NCBI GenBank assembly: GCA_963840855.1
Contig: CAWJBB010000093.1
Span: 1-39,218, forward strand
Direction of reading: 5' to 3'
From: an uncultured delta proteobacterium
GTDB lineage: Bacteria > Desulfobacterota > Binatia > UBA9968
DNA length: 39,218 nucleotides
This document shows, piece after piece, positions 38,548 through 39,218 of the stretch. Every line of letters begins with the position of its first letter. Position 1 is the first letter of the stretch. Under the pieces are notes generated by a model. The model made no database searches, was not told the DNA's origin, and was given only the letters and a program-made list of their open reading frames with translations. The translations under genes were made by a program, and so were the position numbers.

Positions 38548-38604
38548 AGCAATTCTCCTCTCCATTGGGTTTTGGAGAGCAAGATACGACAGGATCAGAC
38601 CGCT

Positions 38605-38632
38605 AATGTACTGGCGGAGAATTCAGTTCAAT
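38605..38632. other. Putative recombination site about 60 bp upstream of the recombinase (attI-like position)
   Basis: AATGTACTGGC GGAGAA TTCAGTTCAAT; left arm matches ATTGAACTGAA at 7/11. Confidence 0.6.
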
Positions 38633-39000
38633 CACAGGGCTACCGCCTTTTTAGCCAGTCGGTTGGTCGTGAATGGTCGACCCCGCACCGACACGGGATG
38701 ACGTTGCCCGATCGACCCTTCGAGAAACGGACCTCCGGGGCCCGCGCGGAGGAGATCGAGACCGCGGCGCCTCGGTAGCCACTCGGTCGAGGGCGCCACC
38801 GAAAACGTTCATGCCTCAGCGCATCGTTCAAACGCTGCCGGATAGCACGGTCCCTACTCTTTCACGTGGAGCCCTCGGAAAGCGATTTGTGGGCTTAAAA
38901 AGCACATAGTGCCGGGCACCTGCGCCGTGGAGACAGCAAAAATATGTCCGCGACCGTACAGGATCAAATCTACATTCCTGTGGATAAGCGGAGTTTTGGT

Positions 39001-39218
39001 TTACCTTGTCGCCTTGGGGAAGCCAAATGCCTCTACCGCCTTCGCCATCCACTCGCTGGAGTGATGGGAAAGGTCTCAAAGCTGTTGACACAGATTTTCT
39101 TTCGCTCGACCAGCTTGGCCACGACGCTCCCCGGGGAGTAAATGGATCCCTTGAGCGGTTCGTATTTGTCTATAATTTCTTGTCCCTCGGGACTCGCCTC
39201 GTGCTCGAGGAAGAGCAG
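39001..39218 (-). CDS. 3' part of a third Fe(III)-type SBP paralog (runs off the window; frameshift near 39068)
   Basis: LLFLEHEASPEGQEIIDKYEPLKGSIYSPGS...NSFETF-HHSSEWMAKAVEAFGFPKATR*, matching the C-terminus of 32611-33747. Confidence 0.85.

Noticed and set aside
35444-38632. CRISPR array or classical integron interpretation of the GGAGAATTCAATTCAAT repeats
   Set aside because: Spacing is 1-2 kb, there are no cas genes, no GTTRRRY/RYYYAAC attC boxes, and the recombinase shows no obvious IntI-specific insertion.

Overview
GC-rich bacterial DNA. The many stand-alone solute-binding protein (SBP) genes and short intergenic palindrome families resemble Candidatus Binatia/Binatota-type metagenomic genomes, but that is inference only. 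The left half holds metabolic and housekeeping genes: a UbiD-family decarboxylase, a DUF748 protein, a GGCT, an MlaC-like protein, a CmcJ/NvfI-like oxidoreductase, a D-aminoacylase, murJ and a TPP enzyme. A putative aromatic-catabolism region (about 16.2-29.9 kb) carries two Rieske oxygenases, a cis-dihydrodiol dehydrogenase, a CADD/PqqC-like diiron protein, a DHDPS-family aldolase, an OCD-family protein and several orphan SBPs. The right end has a GH13 TreS-like gene and a run of co-oriented SBP genes around a degraded XerC/D-like tyrosine recombinase. The main observation is a recurring 11-6-11 recombination-site-like motif (ATTGAACYGAA-GGAGAA-TTCARTTCAAT). It occurs complete at 35444 and as half or hybrid sites at 36532, 36570 and 38605. 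Its arms bracket one SBP gene as a 1.08-kb unit with 15-bp inverted ends, and one site lies just upstream of the recombinase. This suggests an integron- or transposon-like cassette system that moves SBP genes. Several otherwise intact genes carry 1-2 nt insertions, probably sequencing errors. No rRNA, tRNA or CRISPR array was recognised.
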